The notes: generated by a model not told the origin, from the letters alone. DNA of 56,791 bases from Desulfosoma sp. (GCA_037481835.1 JBBFKW010000018.1:49322-106112); one strand, 5' to 3'; positions 10,347-21,368 are shown, numbered from the stretch's first letter. Numbers and translations: made by a program.

Positions 10347-11480
10347 TCAATAAAGGTGGGGGCGAAACCGGCCGCGAACGACAAAATCATCCCCCAGGCG
10401 CCGCACCTGACAGTCAACCCCGGGAACCGCATCTTTCATGAAATGTTTCGGCGCCCCCTGAAACATGGGCACCGCAAGGGAGTCCCCCAAGATCTTGGGC
10501 GCATAGAAGAAATAAAAATCGTCGGCCAACGCCCCGTCGAGAAAGGCCCCATGAATGCGTGCCCCGCCTTCCACGAGAACGCTGGTAATGGAACGACGCC
10601 CCAGTTCGTCGAGGAGGGCGGCGAGATTCAAGCCGTACGGTTCGCCCGTCGGGACGCCGAGCACATCCACCCCGTGGGGTGAGAACCGTTCCCGGACCTC
10701 TTTCACGACGGCATCCCCACACACCACAAGCACGGGGCTCTGACGCGCCGTCTTGACCAGTTGGGACGCCGCGGGCAGCCGTCCGTGGGTATCGAGGACG
10801 ATGCGAAGGGGCTGTTGGACCTTTTTCCGGCCCGTGCGGGCCGTGAGCAAGGGATCGTCGGCCAAGGCCGTGCCGATCCCCACAAGGACGGCATCTGCGG
10901 CGGCCCGCAGCTCATGGACCAGGCGGCGCGATCTTTCGTTGGTGACCCAGCGGGAATCTCCCGTACGGGTGGCTATGCGCCCGTCCAGGGTGGCGGCGCA
11001 TTTGAGCGTCACATAGGGGCGACCGAGTGTGACCCACTTGATGAACGGCTGATTCAGCTTTCGGCATTCCTCTTCCAAAACGCCTGAAACGACGTCGATT
11101 CCGGCCTGGCGCAACCGATCCGCACCGCCTCCCGTCACTTTCGGGTTAGGGTCGGCCATGCCGATCACGACCCGCCGGATTCCCGCTTCTAGGACGGCTT
11201 CCGTGCACGGCGGTGTTCGGCCATAGTGGTTGCAAGGTTCCAACGAGACGTAAAGGGTTGCCCCAAGGGCCGAATCCCCGGCTCGGCGCAGGGCGTTCAC
11301 TTCGGCGTGAGGCCCCCCGATGTGTTCATGAAAGCCTTCCCCCACCACACGGCCGTCCCGCACGACAACCGCTCCTACCATGGGGTTTGGGCTCGTTCTG
11401 CCCAAGCCCCTTCTGGCCAGACGAACGGCCCGCTGCATGAACCGTTCGTCCTCCGGTGTCCAGGCCATCATGCGCTCCAT
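10347..11480 (-). CDS. ribD: Bifunctional riboflavin deaminase/reductase
   Basis: SPNPMVGAV, HAEVNAL, LEPCNHYGRTPPC, DGRIAT, VLVEGG; start could be up to 12 nt further in. Confidence 0.96.
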   Translation of the reverse strand: MERMMAWTPEDERFMQRAVRLARRGLGRTSPNPMVGAVVVRDGRVVGEGFHEHIGGPHAEVNALRRAGDSALGATLYVSLEPCNHYGRTPPCTEAVLEAGIRRVVIGMADPNPKVTGGGADRLRQAGIDVVSGVLEEECRKLNQPFIKWVTLGRPYVTLKCAATLDGRIATRTGDSRWVTNERSRRLVHELRAAADAVLVGIGTALADDPLLTARTGRKKVQQPLRIVLDTHGRLPAASQLVKTARQSPVLVVCGDAVVKEVRERFSPHGVDVLGVPTGEPYGLNLAALLDELGRRSITSVLVEGGARIHGAFLDGALADDFYFFYAPKILGDSLAVPMFQGAPKHFMKDAVPGVDCQVRRLGDDFVVRGRFRPHLY

Positions 11481-11639
11481 GGATTTTTACCCACGCCTGA
11501 TGGGTTTTTTCTCAATCCTATGAAGACCACGCACACCTTCTTCCCGTCGGGGCGGGATCTCTCATCATGCCGAATCCGTGAGAGTGATCGTCCCCGCAAT
11601 GCCCATCGGTTTATTGGGCGTCCCGGGGGCGTTCCCGCA

Positions 11640-12944
11640 TCAGCCGACGGAACTCGACGGCACGGCGTCAACGGGCCAGGGCGAAGTCACATCCTCAGCC
11701 GAGGCGTGCAACGGAAACTGACTACAAAAAGCAGCCACGTCTCGTTTGAGGGCGGCCAGGCGATTTTCGTCGCCGACGGCGTTGAGCGCCTGGTGGATGA
11801 ACCGGGCGATCTGGCCCATGTGAGAGGCGTCCATGCCGCGTGTGGTGACGGCGGCGGTCCCGATGCGAATCCCGCTGGCGATGTTGGGCTTTTGGGGGTC
11901 GAACGGAATGGAGTTCTTGTTCACCGTGATGCCCGCACGGTCCAGGGTCTCTTCGGCGATTTTTCCCGTAAGGCCCTTGTTCCTTAAATCCACGAGCATG
12001 AGATGGTTGTCGGTGCCGCCGGAGACCAGCCGATAGCCCAGGTTCAGCAATTCGGCCGCCAAGGTCTTGCTGTTGGCCATGATGCGCCGTTGGTATTCCT
12101 TGAACGCCGGCTGGAGGGCTTCGCGAAACGCCACGGCCTTGGCGGCGATGACGTGCATGAGGGGGCCGCCTTGGATGCCGGGGAAAATCTGGCTGTCCAG
12201 CTTCTTGCCGAGATCCAGGTCGTCGGACAGGATCAGACCGCCTCGAGGCCCCCGCAACGTCTTGTGGGTTGTGGAGGTGACGGCGTGGGCGTAAGGCACG
12301 GGATTGGGATGCAGTCCGGCGGCGACCAAACCGGCGATATGGGCCATATCGACCATGAGATAGGCTCCGATGTCGTCGCACACCTCGCGGAATCGGGCGA
12401 AGTCGATGGTGCGGGGATAGGCGCTTGCCCCCGCGACGATAAGTTTCGGGCGATGCTGCCGGGCGAGCCCAACCATCTGGTCAAAGTCGATGGTTTCCGT
12501 TTCGGGATGGACCCCATAGGAAACAACCCGGAACAGTCTGCCGGAAAAACTCACGGGACTGCCGTGGGTCAGGTGCCCGCCTTGGCGCAGGTCCATGCCC
12601 ATGATGACGTCCCCGGGTTCCAGGAGGGCGAAATAGACGGCCATATTGGCTTGGGATCCCGAGTGAGGCTGCACGTTGGCGTATCGGCAGCCGAAAAGCG
12701 CCTTGACACGTTCCTGGGCCAGCCTTTCGGCCACATCCACGTGTTCGCAGCCGCCGTAATAACGCCGTCCGGGATAGCCTTCGGCGTACTTGTTGGTGAG
12801 TACCGAGCCCTGGGCAATCCGCACGGCATCGCTGACGAAGTTTTCCGAGGCGATGAGTTCCAGCTTGGTGCGCTGCCGAGCCTCTTCGTCGCGAAGGACC
12901 TTGGCCATTTCCGGGTCCGTGTATTCCAATGACCGCAAGTTCAT
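11640..12944 (-). CDS. glyA: Serine hydroxymethyltransferase
   Basis: [39 protein letters not shown] overlap with the rpiB stop. Confidence 0.97.
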   Translation of the reverse strand: MNLRSLEYTDPEMAKVLRDEEARQRTKLELIASENFVSDAVRIAQGSVLTNKYAEGYPGRRYYGGCEHVDVAERLAQERVKALFGCRYANVQPHSGSQANMAVYFALLEPGDVIMGMDLRQGGHLTHGSPVSFSGRLFRVVSYGVHPETETIDFDQMVGLARQHRPKLIVAGASAYPRTIDFARFREVCDDIGAYLMVDMAHIAGLVAAGLHPNPVPYAHAVTSTTHKTLRGPRGGLILSDDLDLGKKLDSQIFPGIQGGPLMHVIAAKAVAFREALQPAFKEYQRRIMANSKTLAAELLNLGYRLVSGGTDNHLMLVDLRNKGLTGKIAEETLDRAGITVNKNSIPFDPQKPNIASGIRIGTAAVTTRGMDASHMGQIARFIHQALNAVGDENRLAALKRDVAAFCSQFPLHASAEDVTSPWPVDAVPSSSVG

Positions 12945-13393
12945 CGGTTGTTTCTCCACGAGGAAGGATTGTCCAACAGATCCAGACGACGGCAGTGGCG
13001 GCCGCCTTCGAAGTTTTCGGCCAGCCACACGTCCACGATTTCCAAGGCCAGATCCGGGCCGATGAAGCGCCCGCCAAGGCACAACACGTTGCTGTCGTTG
13101 TGGCGGCGGCTCATTTTGGCGGCATAGGGTTCCGAGGCGAGCACCGCCCGCACGCCGGGGACACGGTTGGCCGCCATGGACATGCCGATCCCGCTGCCGC
13201 ACACGAGGATCCCTCGATGGACGGCGCCCTGGGCCACGGCCCGAGCGACCGTGAAGGCGTAATCGGGATAGTCCACAGAATCCGCACTGTAAGTGCCGAT
13301 GTCTTGAACGTCATGGCCCCGATCGCGCAGGTGGGCGGCGATGATTTCCTTAAGATGGAAGCCGGCGTGGTCGGCGCCGATCATGATTTTCAT
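12941..13393 (-). CDS. rpiB: Ribose-5-phosphate isomerase B
   Basis: [37 protein letters not shown]. Confidence 0.96.
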   Translation of the reverse strand: MKIMIGADHAGFHLKEIIAAHLRDRGHDVQDIGTYSADSVDYPDYAFTVARAVAQGAVHRGILVCGSGIGMSMAANRVPGVRAVLASEPYAAKMSRRHNDSNVLCLGGRFIGPDLALEIVDVWLAENFEGGRHCRRLDLLDNPSSWRNNR

Positions 13394-13443
13394 GGCGGAA
13401 GCTTCACCCCCCTCTTCCCAGGTGCCGAAAAACCCTTCGGCCC

Positions 13444-14697
13444 TCAGGGTGCCCATTTTCGGAAGACCACCGTGCCGTTGGTCCCGCCGAATCCGAAAGA
13501 ATTGGACAGAGCGACCCGCACCTCGGTTTTTCGGGCCGTGTTGGGCACGTAGTCCAGGTCGCAGTCGGGATCGGGCGTCTCGTAGTTGATGGTCGGCGGG
13601 ATGGTGTCGTGATAGATCGCCAGCACCGTGTAAGCCCCTTCCACGCCGCCGGCGGCCCCCAACAGGTGGCCGGTCATGGACTTGGTGGAACTGACCGCGA
13701 GCTTGCCCGCATGATCGCCGAAAACGGTCTTGATGGCCACGGTTTCCAACCGGTCGTTGAGGTCGGTGGATGTGCCGTGGGCGTTGATGTAGTCCACGTC
13801 GTGCGGTGCGATGCCCGCATCGTTTAAGGCGCTGCGCATGCAAATGGCGGCACCCTCGCCGTCGGGAGCGGGCGCCGTCATGTGGTAGGCGTCGCCTGAG
13901 GCCCCAAAGCCGATAATCTCCGCATAGATCCGAGCGCCGCGTCGTTTCGCCCGTTCGGCCTCTTCCAGAATGAGCACCGCGCTGCCTTCTCCGAGGACGA
14001 ATCCGTCCCGGTCCTTGTCGAAGGGGCGCGAAGCCTTTTCCGGAGCATCGTTTCGTGTGGACAGGGCGCGCATGGCATTAAAACCCGCCACGCACAGGGG
14101 CGTGATGGTGGATTCCACTCCCCCGGTGATCATGATGTCCGCGGCCCCGTCCCGGATCAGGTGAAAGGCGTGGCCGATGGCATGGGTGCCCGCCGCACAG
14201 GCCGTTTGAATGGAAAGATTAGGGCCCTTGGCCCCGTGCTGGATGGAAATGAGCCCGGGGGCCATGTTGCCGATGAGCATGGGGATGAAAAACGGGCTGA
14301 TCTTGCGAGGCCCCGACTGCAGCAGGGTCTTGTGGCAATCTTCGATGGTGGTCAGCCCCCCCAGGCCGCAGCCCATCACGACGCCGGCTCGCGCGCTTTC
14401 CTCAGGGTCGATGGTCAAAGAGGCGTCTTTTACCGCCAGCTGAGCCGCTGCGATGGCGTAGGTGAGGAAAATGTCCATCTTGCGGAGGTCTTTCTTGGGG
14501 ATGAATTCTTCCGGCTTAAATCCTTTGACTTCCCCGGCGATTCGCGTGGCGAACCCTTCCGTGTCGAACCGCGTAATATAGCCGATGCCCGAGACGCCGT
14601 TGACCACGTTGGTCCAGTTTTGCTCCACTCCGACCCCCAAAGGTGTGACCAAGCCCAACCCCGTCACCACCACCCGCCGGCTTTCCCTTGTCGCCAT
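13444..14697 (-). CDS. fabF: 3-oxoacyl-ACP synthase II
   Basis: [15 protein letters not shown] (catalytic Cys), [29 protein letters not shown]. Confidence 0.96.
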   Translation of the reverse strand: MATRESRRVVVTGLGLVTPLGVGVEQNWTNVVNGVSGIGYITRFDTEGFATRIAGEVKGFKPEEFIPKKDLRKMDIFLTYAIAAAQLAVKDASLTIDPEESARAGVVMGCGLGGLTTIEDCHKTLLQSGPRKISPFFIPMLIGNMAPGLISIQHGAKGPNLSIQTACAAGTHAIGHAFHLIRDGAADIMITGGVESTITPLCVAGFNAMRALSTRNDAPEKASRPFDKDRDGFVLGEGSAVLILEEAERAKRRGARIYAEIIGFGASGDAYHMTAPAPDGEGAAICMRSALNDAGIAPHDVDYINAHGTSTDLNDRLETVAIKTVFGDHAGKLAVSSTKSMTGHLLGAAGGVEGAYTVLAIYHDTIPPTINYETPDPDCDLDYVPNTARKTEVRVALSNSFGFGGTNGTVVFRKWAP

Positions 14698-14811
14698 AGT
14701 GTCCTCGTTGTCCCTTCGTGGTGAGCTGTGTGTCCTTTTCCAGGGCCTATCCGATCATGGCCCCGGGGCCCTTCCCCCGAACCACACTGTTCCCGGACAG
14801 ACTCCGCGTCG

Positions 14812-15555
14812 CTATCCCATATACATCCCGCCGTTGACGTGCAACACCTGCCCCGTGATGTAGCCCGCCTCGTCGGAGGCGAGAAACCGCACGGCGGCGG
14901 CCACTTCTTCCGGTGTGCCCGTGCGGCCTGCGGGGATCTGTTCCAAGAGGGCCCTTCGGGCCTCTTCCGAAAGGCCGTGGGTCATTTCCGTTTCAATGTA
15001 GCCGGGAGCCACGGCGTTGACCGTAATGTTTCGGGAAATGACCTCCCGAGCGAGCGAGCGCGTCAAGCCCATGATTCCGGCTTTCGCCGCGGCATAATTG
15101 CACTGGCCGGCGTTTCCTGTAAAGCCCACAACGGACGTGATGGTGATGATGCGGCCGAAACGCTGCTTGAGCATGGGCCGCATGGCGGCCTGGCAGCACA
15201 GAAAGACGCCTTTGAGGTTGACGGCCAGGACGTCGTCCCAATCGGATTCCTGGAGCCGCGGAAAGATGTTGTCGCGAGTGATGCCGGCGTTGTTCACCAA
15301 CACGTCCAAGCGGCCGAAGGTGTCGGTGATGTCCTTGAAGGCCGCCTTAACGGCTTCGGGCTGGGCCACGTCGAAGGGACGGAGCACGGCCTGGGCGCCC
15401 CGTTGTGTGACGGATTCGGCAGTCTCTTCGGCTGCGTCCCGACCGGATCGGTAATTGATGATCACCGCAGAGCCCGGTTCGGCAAACGCCAAGGCGATGG
15501 CCCGGCCGATGCCGCGGCTTGCCCCCGTAATCAGGACCACCTTGCTCTGAGCCAT
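14812..15555 (-). CDS. fabG: 3-oxoacyl-ACP reductase
   Basis: TGASRGIG, NNAGITRD, GNAGQCNYAAAKAG, LHVNGGMYM; GAGGGAGG SD before ATG 15555. Confidence 0.95.
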   Translation of the reverse strand: MAQSKVVLITGASRGIGRAIALAFAEPGSAVIINYRSGRDAAEETAESVTQRGAQAVLRPFDVAQPEAVKAAFKDITDTFGRLDVLVNNAGITRDNIFPRLQESDWDDVLAVNLKGVFLCCQAAMRPMLKQRFGRIITITSVVGFTGNAGQCNYAAAKAGIMGLTRSLAREVISRNITVNAVAPGYIETEMTHGLSEEARRALLEQIPAGRTGTPEEVAAAVRFLASDEAGYITGQVLHVNGGMYMG

Positions 15556-15628
15556 GGAAACCTCCCTCATGCGCACAGCCGTTTTACCATTGGTGGATAC
15601 GCCCGTCCCCTTCGCGTTGGGAATGCCC

Positions 15629-16810
15629 TTAGCCGGCGCGTTTGACGCGTTCGATGAAGGCCGGGACGAATTCGAAGAGGTCCGCCACCACCCCGCACGT
15701 GGCCACATCGAAGATGGGCGCCTCCGGGTCCTTGTTGACGGCCACGATGATCTTTGAGCCCTGCATGCCCACGATATGCTGGATCGCTCCCGAGATGCCG
15801 ATGGCCATGTAAAGGGTTGGGGACACCGTCTGGCCCGTCTGGCCCACCTGGTGGGATACGGGGGCCCAGCCTTCTTCTACGGCACTACGGGAAGCGCCTA
15901 CGGCCCCTTTGAAGAGGCGCGCCAGTTCTTCCACCATGCGGAAGTTTTCCGCCTTCTGTAAGCCCCGGCCTCCCGAGATGATCACTTCGGCTTCCGAGAG
16001 TCTCGCCGTCGTGTCTTCTTCGGGAATCACCTCCAGGACCTGAACCCGCGTGCGGAAGACGTCTTCAGGCAACGCAACCCGTTGAATGCGGCCGTTTCGC
16101 GGCTGGATTTCCGGGCGCATGACTCGAGGGCGCACGGTGGCCATCTGGGGGCGGCCGTAGGGACAGATGATCGTGGCCATAACGTTGCCGCCGAAGGCCG
16201 GGCGCGTCTGCAACAGGAGGCCGTCCTCGCTGATGTCCAAATCGGTGCAGTCGGCCGTCAGGCCTGTCTGGAGCATGGCGGCCACGCGGGGGATGAAGGA
16301 TCGGCCCATGGATGTGGCCCCGGCCAGCAGAATTTCGGGCTTCTTGTCTCGAACCAGCTCCACTAGGCAGCGGCTGTAGGCTTCATCCGTAAAGTCCTTG
16401 AGAGCGGGGTGGTCCACAACGTAGACCACGTCGGCACCGTAGCGCAGGAGCTCTTCGGCGGCGCTGGAGAGGTTTTCGCCGAGCAGGACGGCGGCGCATT
16501 CCACTCCCTTCTTGTCGGCAAGGCGCCGTGCGGCGCTCAGCAGTTCGTAGCTCACGCGGTGCACCGTGCCGCGCCGCCATTCCGCAAAGGCCCACACCCC
16601 GCGGTACGCCGCTGCATCGCTGACGACCCCGGCGCCCACGTCGGGAAGGCGGATCGCCTGAAATTCGCACGTGTCCACGCACATGCCGCACAGCGTGCAG
16701 TCGTCCGAGACCACCGCGTGGGTTTCGGGAACCGAAATGGCGCCCACGGGGCACACATCTTGACAGACGCCGCAGGCGGTGCACTTTTCGAGATCGATCA
16801 GCGCTTTCAT
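15629..16810 (-). CDS. etfA: ETF alpha subunit with an N-terminal 2x[4Fe-4S] ferredoxin domain (CarE-like)
   Basis: [12 protein letters not shown] and [41 protein letters not shown]. Confidence 0.93.
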   Translation of the reverse strand: MKALIDLEKCTACGVCQDVCPVGAISVPETHAVVSDDCTLCGMCVDTCEFQAIRLPDVGAGVVSDAAAYRGVWAFAEWRRGTVHRVSYELLSAARRLADKKGVECAAVLLGENLSSAAEELLRYGADVVYVVDHPALKDFTDEAYSRCLVELVRDKKPEILLAGATSMGRSFIPRVAAMLQTGLTADCTDLDISEDGLLLQTRPAFGGNVMATIICPYGRPQMATVRPRVMRPEIQPRNGRIQRVALPEDVFRTRVQVLEVIPEEDTTARLSEAEVIISGGRGLQKAENFRMVEELARLFKGAVGASRSAVEEGWAPVSHQVGQTGQTVSPTLYMAIGISGAIQHIVGMQGSKIIVAVNKDPEAPIFDVATCGVVADLFEFVPAFIERVKRAG

Positions 16811-17598
16811 AGACCCGGAACCTTGGCTTCCTTGAGATATTGGTAGAGTTTTTCCACTTGGTCGGCCACAGGACCTTCAAGCATCCACCGGTCCGCCCGC
16901 TTGGGGGGGCTGAAAAGGCGGACGACCTGGGTGAAGGATCCTTTGAGGCCCACCCGATCTTCGGGAAGGCCCACGTCGGCTGCGCTCCACACGGGAACGG
17001 TCGCTTTCTTGGCACGCATCTTGTGCTTGACGGACGGCAACCGAGGGTCTCCCACATCGCGCAGGACGGTCACCAGGGCGGGCAGGGGCAGGCGCCACAC
17101 TTCCGTGCCTTCGTCGGTTTTTCGAACGACCCTGAGGTGCCCTTCGTCTTCCAGCTCCACCTGCTTGACAAAGGTGGCGTAGGGGATGTCCAAAAGAGTG
17201 GCCAATTCGGGGCCGACCTGGGCCGTATCGCCGTCCACGGCCTGCTTGCCGCAAAAGACCAAGGAGACGTCGCCCAGCTTGCGAATGGCCGCGGCAAGGG
17301 CCGTGGCCGTCGCCCACGTGTCCGCCCCGGCGAAAGCCCGATCGCTCAACAGCACGGCGTCGTCCACACCGCGGGAAAGAACGTCTCTCAAGGCTTCTTC
17401 CGCCTGGGGCGGCCCCATGGTCATCACGGTGACGTGGGCGCCGTGCCGGTCCTTGAGGCGAAGGGCCGCTTCCACGGCGAACAGGTCGAAGGGGTTGATG
17501 ATGGATTCCACCCCTTGGCGCACCAAGGTGTGGGTGTGAGGGTCGATGCGCACATTCTTGGCATCGGGGACCTGCTTGATACAGACGACGATTTTCAT
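16807..17598 (-). CDS. etfB: ETF beta subunit, bifurcating-type signature
   Basis: VCIKQVPD, INPFD, AFAGADTWAT, GKQAVDGDTAQVGP; ATGA overlap with etfA. Confidence 0.94.
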   Translation of the reverse strand: MKIVVCIKQVPDAKNVRIDPHTHTLVRQGVESIINPFDLFAVEAALRLKDRHGAHVTVMTMGPPQAEEALRDVLSRGVDDAVLLSDRAFAGADTWATATALAAAIRKLGDVSLVFCGKQAVDGDTAQVGPELATLLDIPYATFVKQVELEDEGHLRVVRKTDEGTEVWRLPLPALVTVLRDVGDPRLPSVKHKMRAKKATVPVWSAADVGLPEDRVGLKGSFTQVVRLFSPPKRADRWMLEGPVADQVEKLYQYLKEAKVPGL

Positions 17599-17623
17599 CG
17601 CTCCATCCGTACGCCTTGAAGGG

Positions 17624-18793
17624 TTAGAAGAAGGTATCCTTCATGCGGCCGTATTCCTTGTTGAGTTCCTGGCCGATGATGTTGCGCTGGATTTCGTTGG
17701 TCCCTTCGTAAATCTGAAGGATCTTGGCGTCACGAAACATTTTTTCCACAGGGTAGTCCCGCATGTATCCGTAGCCGCCCAGCACCTGGACCGCCTCCGT
17801 GGTGACTTCCATGGCCGTGTCGCTGGCGAAGACCTTGCACATGGCCGCCACCTTGCCCGCATCGGGCGGGTCCGTGTCCAAGTGACGGGCGGCGGCGTAG
17901 ATCAAAGCTCGAGCCGCTTCCGTCTTGATGGCCATGTCCGCCAGCTTGTGCTGAATGGCCTGAAAGGTGATGATGGGCTTGCCGAACTGGATCCTTTTGC
18001 GGGCGTATTCCACGGCGACGTCCAAAGCGCCTTGGGCCAGTCCTACGCCGAGGGCGCCGATGCCCGGGCGGGACTTGTCGAAGGTTTTCATGGCGATGAT
18101 AAACCCCATGCCTTCCCGGGCGATCAAACGGTCCTTGGGGATCCGGCAGTCCTGGAAGACCAGTTCCCGGGTCGCCGATGCGCGGATGCCCAGTTTCTTT
18201 TCCTTTTTGCCGAAGGAGAACCCGGGGTCGCCTTTTTCCACGATGAAGAAACTGGCGCCTCGAGGCCCTTTGGTCTTGTCCGTGACGGCAAGGACGCTGT
18301 AGATGTCCGCTTCACCGCCGTTGGTGATCCACTGTTTCGTGCCGTTCAAAACGTAAAAATCCCCGTCCTTGACGGCCGTCGTCCGGATTGCCGTCACATC
18401 GCTTCCCGCTCCCGATTCCGTCACCGCAAAGGCCGCCAACCTCTTTCCGGCGGCGATGTCCGGGAGGTAAGCCGCCTTTTGCGCTTCAGAGCCGTAGAGC
18501 AAAATGGGGTAGGCGCCGAGGCCGCTGGCGGCGTAGGACGTCGCGACCCCGATGCACGCTCGAGCCAGTTGCTCCACGGCCAAGCAGTTTTCGAAGATCC
18601 CACCGCCCAAACCGCCGTATTCTTCGGGAATGCAGACGCCGAACAAATCGGATTGGGCCAGAATTTTCAAAATCTCCGTGGGGAACTCCTCGGCTTCATC
18701 CAACTGGGCCCGCACCGGTCGGATCTTTTCCCGGGCGATCTGTTCTGCCAGTTCCTGGATCATCTTTTGTTCGTCGGTCAGAAAGTAATTCAA
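17624..18793 (-). CDS. Acyl-CoA dehydrogenase (Bcd/CarC-like)
   Basis: [60 protein letters not shown] start overlaps the plsX TGA with a GGAGGTGA SD. Confidence 0.93.
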   Translation of the reverse strand: MNYFLTDEQKMIQELAEQIAREKIRPVRAQLDEAEEFPTEILKILAQSDLFGVCIPEEYGGLGGGIFENCLAVEQLARACIGVATSYAASGLGAYPILLYGSEAQKAAYLPDIAAGKRLAAFAVTESGAGSDVTAIRTTAVKDGDFYVLNGTKQWITNGGEADIYSVLAVTDKTKGPRGASFFIVEKGDPGFSFGKKEKKLGIRASATRELVFQDCRIPKDRLIAREGMGFIIAMKTFDKSRPGIGALGVGLAQGALDVAVEYARKRIQFGKPIITFQAIQHKLADMAIKTEAARALIYAAARHLDTDPPDAGKVAAMCKVFASDTAMEVTTEAVQVLGGYGYMRDYPVEKMFRDAKILQIYEGTNEIQRNIIGQELNKEYGRMKDTFF

Positions 18794-19893
18794 GGCTCAC
18801 CTCCCTTGTCGGTTTCCGCCTTTTTCGTGCCGAAACGCCACCGGCTTTTGAGTCCCGTGAGCATCCAATGGGTGTAATGGCCTCGCAATGCAGCCAGGTG
18901 TTCCAAGAGTTCTGCGTCTTGGCCCATGCGTTCGAAAAGACCTTCCCGGGCGAATTTTTCCGCATCCAGGACGGCGTTGGCGATCTCTCGGGCCGTGGAA
19001 CGGCCGTGGGCGATGAGAACCGTTTTGCGCACGCCCAGCAAAGGGGCGGCCCCCAATTCCCGGCTTACCAGCCGGTAAAGCCAACGGTGAGGCGCCTCGG
19101 AGGGGTCTTGCCCACAGGGGGCGGGCGCCTCGGGCGATGCCGGAACACAGCACTGGCGCACGGCGCCGACCACCCCTTCCAAGAGCTTGAGCATGGTGTT
19201 TCCCACAAAGCCGTCACAGACCACGCCGTCAACGGCGCCGTCGAACAGCGTGTGCGGCTCCACGTAGCGGATCGGCAAGGTGGATGTTTCGGCCAGCAGT
19301 TTCATGGCTCCCTGAACGGTGCGAGGGCCTTTGGTCGATTCGTGGCCGATGTTGAGGATGCCGATGGTCGGATCGGGGCGGCCGCAGGAGAGTTTCAAGA
19401 AAGAGAGCGCCAAGAAGACCGTCTGGGCCAGATGGATGCTTCCCGACTCGCTGTGGGCGCCGGCATCGATGAGGAGCAGGTCCCGTCCGAAGGACGGCAG
19501 CAGCACCCCCAAAGCCGGCCGTTTCAAACCCGCAATGAGGCCCACGTGGTGCGTGGCGGTGGCGACGACGGCCGCGCTGTTGCCCGCACTCACCACCGCG
19601 TCGGCGGTGCCGCGTTGGAGTTGGTCGATGGCCACGGAGAGCGAAGAAAGCTTTTTTTTTCGGAGGGCCAAAGGGCCGATGTCCCCCATGTCCACCGTTT
19701 CAGGGGCATGGAGGACATCGACGGCCGGCAAGTGCGGAAAGGGTGCCAAACATCGATGGAGGCGTTTCTCGTCGCCGACGAGAAGGATTCGCGCGGTGGT
19801 GCGGGTTGCCGCTTGGAGTGCACCCTGCACGACCGCTTCGGGGGCCGCATCCCCCCCCATGGCATCTACGGCGATGACCATCGGCCCAGCCAT
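18790..19893 (-). CDS. plsX: Phosphate acyltransferase PlsX (divergent)
   Basis: [46 protein letters not shown]; follows rpmF. Confidence 0.9.
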   Translation of the reverse strand: MAGPMVIAVDAMGGDAAPEAVVQGALQAATRTTARILLVGDEKRLHRCLAPFPHLPAVDVLHAPETVDMGDIGPLALRKKKLSSLSVAIDQLQRGTADAVVSAGNSAAVVATATHHVGLIAGLKRPALGVLLPSFGRDLLLIDAGAHSESGSIHLAQTVFLALSFLKLSCGRPDPTIGILNIGHESTKGPRTVQGAMKLLAETSTLPIRYVEPHTLFDGAVDGVVCDGFVGNTMLKLLEGVVGAVRQCCVPASPEAPAPCGQDPSEAPHRWLYRLVSRELGAAPLLGVRKTVLIAHGRSTAREIANAVLDAEKFAREGLFERMGQDAELLEHLAALRGHYTHWMLTGLKSRWRFGTKKAETDKGGEP

Positions 19894-19915
19894 TCAAAGG
19901 TCAGCGCCCCCCGGC

Positions 19916-20098
19916 TTACACCTCTTCCGTGACCAAGACTTGCTGCCCCTTGTAGTATCCGCAGGACGGGCACACGCGATGGGGCAGGCACAGTTCACGG
20001 CACTGGGGGCAGGTGGAAAAGGAAGGAGCCGTCAGATGGAGATGGCTCCGCCGCTTGTCTCTTCTCGATTTGGACGTTCTTCTCTTGGGTACGGCCAT
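19916..20098 (-). CDS. rpmF: 50S ribosomal protein L32 (zinc-ribbon form)
   Basis: [19 protein letters not shown]...CPQC...[10 protein letters not shown]. Confidence 0.97.
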   Translation of the reverse strand: MAVPKRRTSKSRRDKRRSHLHLTAPSFSTCPQCRELCLPHRVCPSCGYYKGQQVLVTEEV

Positions 20099-20123
20099 GA
20101 CAGGTTCTCCTTCACGTGTCGCT

Positions 20124-20663
20124 TCAGGGATTTCCAAGCTTGAAGTTCCTCAGGGCTTCGAACGCCGAAGATCCCTTCCGGTTTCGGCACAGGCACGGTT
20201 CCCGATTGAGGTTGGCGCCGCACCCCGGACACAAGCCCCGACAGTGTTCCGAACACAAACAGCGAATGGGAAGCTCCAGAAAGACCTCTTCGGCGATCAT
20301 GCGGTCCACCTCGAGGATCTCCCCGTCGAAGAATTCATAGTCCAGCTCGTCGGGCTCCAGTTCCACTTCCTCTTCACTGGGCCCCACACTTTCCCGAAAC
20401 AGGAGCACCCTCACGGGACGCACGATCTCCGAGAGGTATTCGTCCAGGCACCGGTCGCACGTCAGGGTCAGCTTTCCCGTTAGGGTTCCCGTGACTTCCA
20501 AGTGGTCGGGCTTTTTGTGGATTTCCAGATCCACGTTGAGTGGCCGCGCCAGGGAAAACCCCTTGGGGTCGTTGGGCGGCAGCATGCGTTCCAGGCGCTC
20601 TTGGGTCCAATGGACATGGAGGATGCGCCCGGATTCCGGGATTTCGTCAACGCGTATCTTCAT
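20124..20663 (-). CDS. yceD: DUF177/YceD family protein
   Basis: CDRCL and [18 protein letters not shown] motifs; upstream of rpmF. Confidence 0.93.
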   Translation of the reverse strand: MKIRVDEIPESGRILHVHWTQERLERMLPPNDPKGFSLARPLNVDLEIHKKPDHLEVTGTLTGKLTLTCDRCLDEYLSEIVRPVRVLLFRESVGPSEEEVELEPDELDYEFFDGEILEVDRMIAEEVFLELPIRCLCSEHCRGLCPGCGANLNREPCLCRNRKGSSAFEALRNFKLGNP

Positions 20664-20695
20664 CTGAGCCTCTCACGGTCACGAGTAAAGCGTTG

Positions 20696-20723
20696 AGTAT
20701 AGGCATCGCCCTTGTCGTGTCAA
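20696..20723 (-). promoter_or_regulatory. sigma70 promoter of the yceD-rpmF-plsX-fab operon
   Basis: Minus strand TTGACA-16 nt-TATACT. Confidence 0.7.
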
Positions 20724-20756
20724 GCACTTTGCGTGCTTTTCGGCCGGCCTGAGCCC

Positions 20757-21368
20757 CTACCGGATGAGGCACACCTCCTCGAAGGGGCGGCGCATCTTGC
20801 GAGGCGGCAGCACGGCGTCGGGGCGCTTTTTGCCGACGGCAATAAGCATCACAGGGAGGTACTTGGGATCCAGGCCGAAGAGTCGGCGCACACCGTCTAT
20901 GTCGAAGCCGTCCATGGGGTGAGTGTCCCAGCCCTGATCCAAGGCGGCCAGCATGAAATTCATGGCGAACAGGCCCACGTTTCGGGAGGCGAATCCCACG
21001 GCGCGCTCGCCGCTGTAGAGCTTTTCGGCCGCCGCCATGGACCGGGGGACCGCCTCGGCGGGCATATAGCCCTTGGCGACCCAGTCGTCAAAAACATCCT
21101 GGCTTTCCTCGTATTGGCGCGTATTCCCAAAGAGGACCAAGACGGCCGAAGCTTCCGTGATCTTTGGCTGGTTCATGGCCACGGCACGCAGCTTCTCCTT
21201 TTGTTCCTGAGAAAGGACGACCACGACTTTCCATGGCTGGAGGTTGAAAGACGATGGGGCCAGCTTGGCCGCTCTATAAATTCGACGGATATCGGCTTCC
21301 GTGATGGAAACGGTGGGGTCGAAAAAATTCACCGAGCGTCGCGTCTCGTTGAGGGTGCTCCATTCCAT
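20757..21368 (-). CDS. Nitroreductase family flavoprotein
   Basis: RRSVNFF, APSSFNLQPW, GWDTHPMDGFD. Confidence 0.92.
   Translation of the reverse strand: MEWSTLNETRRSVNFFDPTVSITEADIRRIYRAAKLAPSSFNLQPWKVVVVLSQEQKEKLRAVAMNQPKITEASAVLVLFGNTRQYEESQDVFDDWVAKGYMPAEAVPRSMAAAEKLYSGERAVGFASRNVGLFAMNFMLAALDQGWDTHPMDGFDIDGVRRLFGLDPKYLPVMLIAVGKKRPDAVLPPRKMRRPFEEVCLIR

Noticed and set aside
11481..11639. FMN riboswitch upstream of ribD
   Set aside because: The conserved RFN segments are not recognisable by eye; an Infernal scan would settle it.
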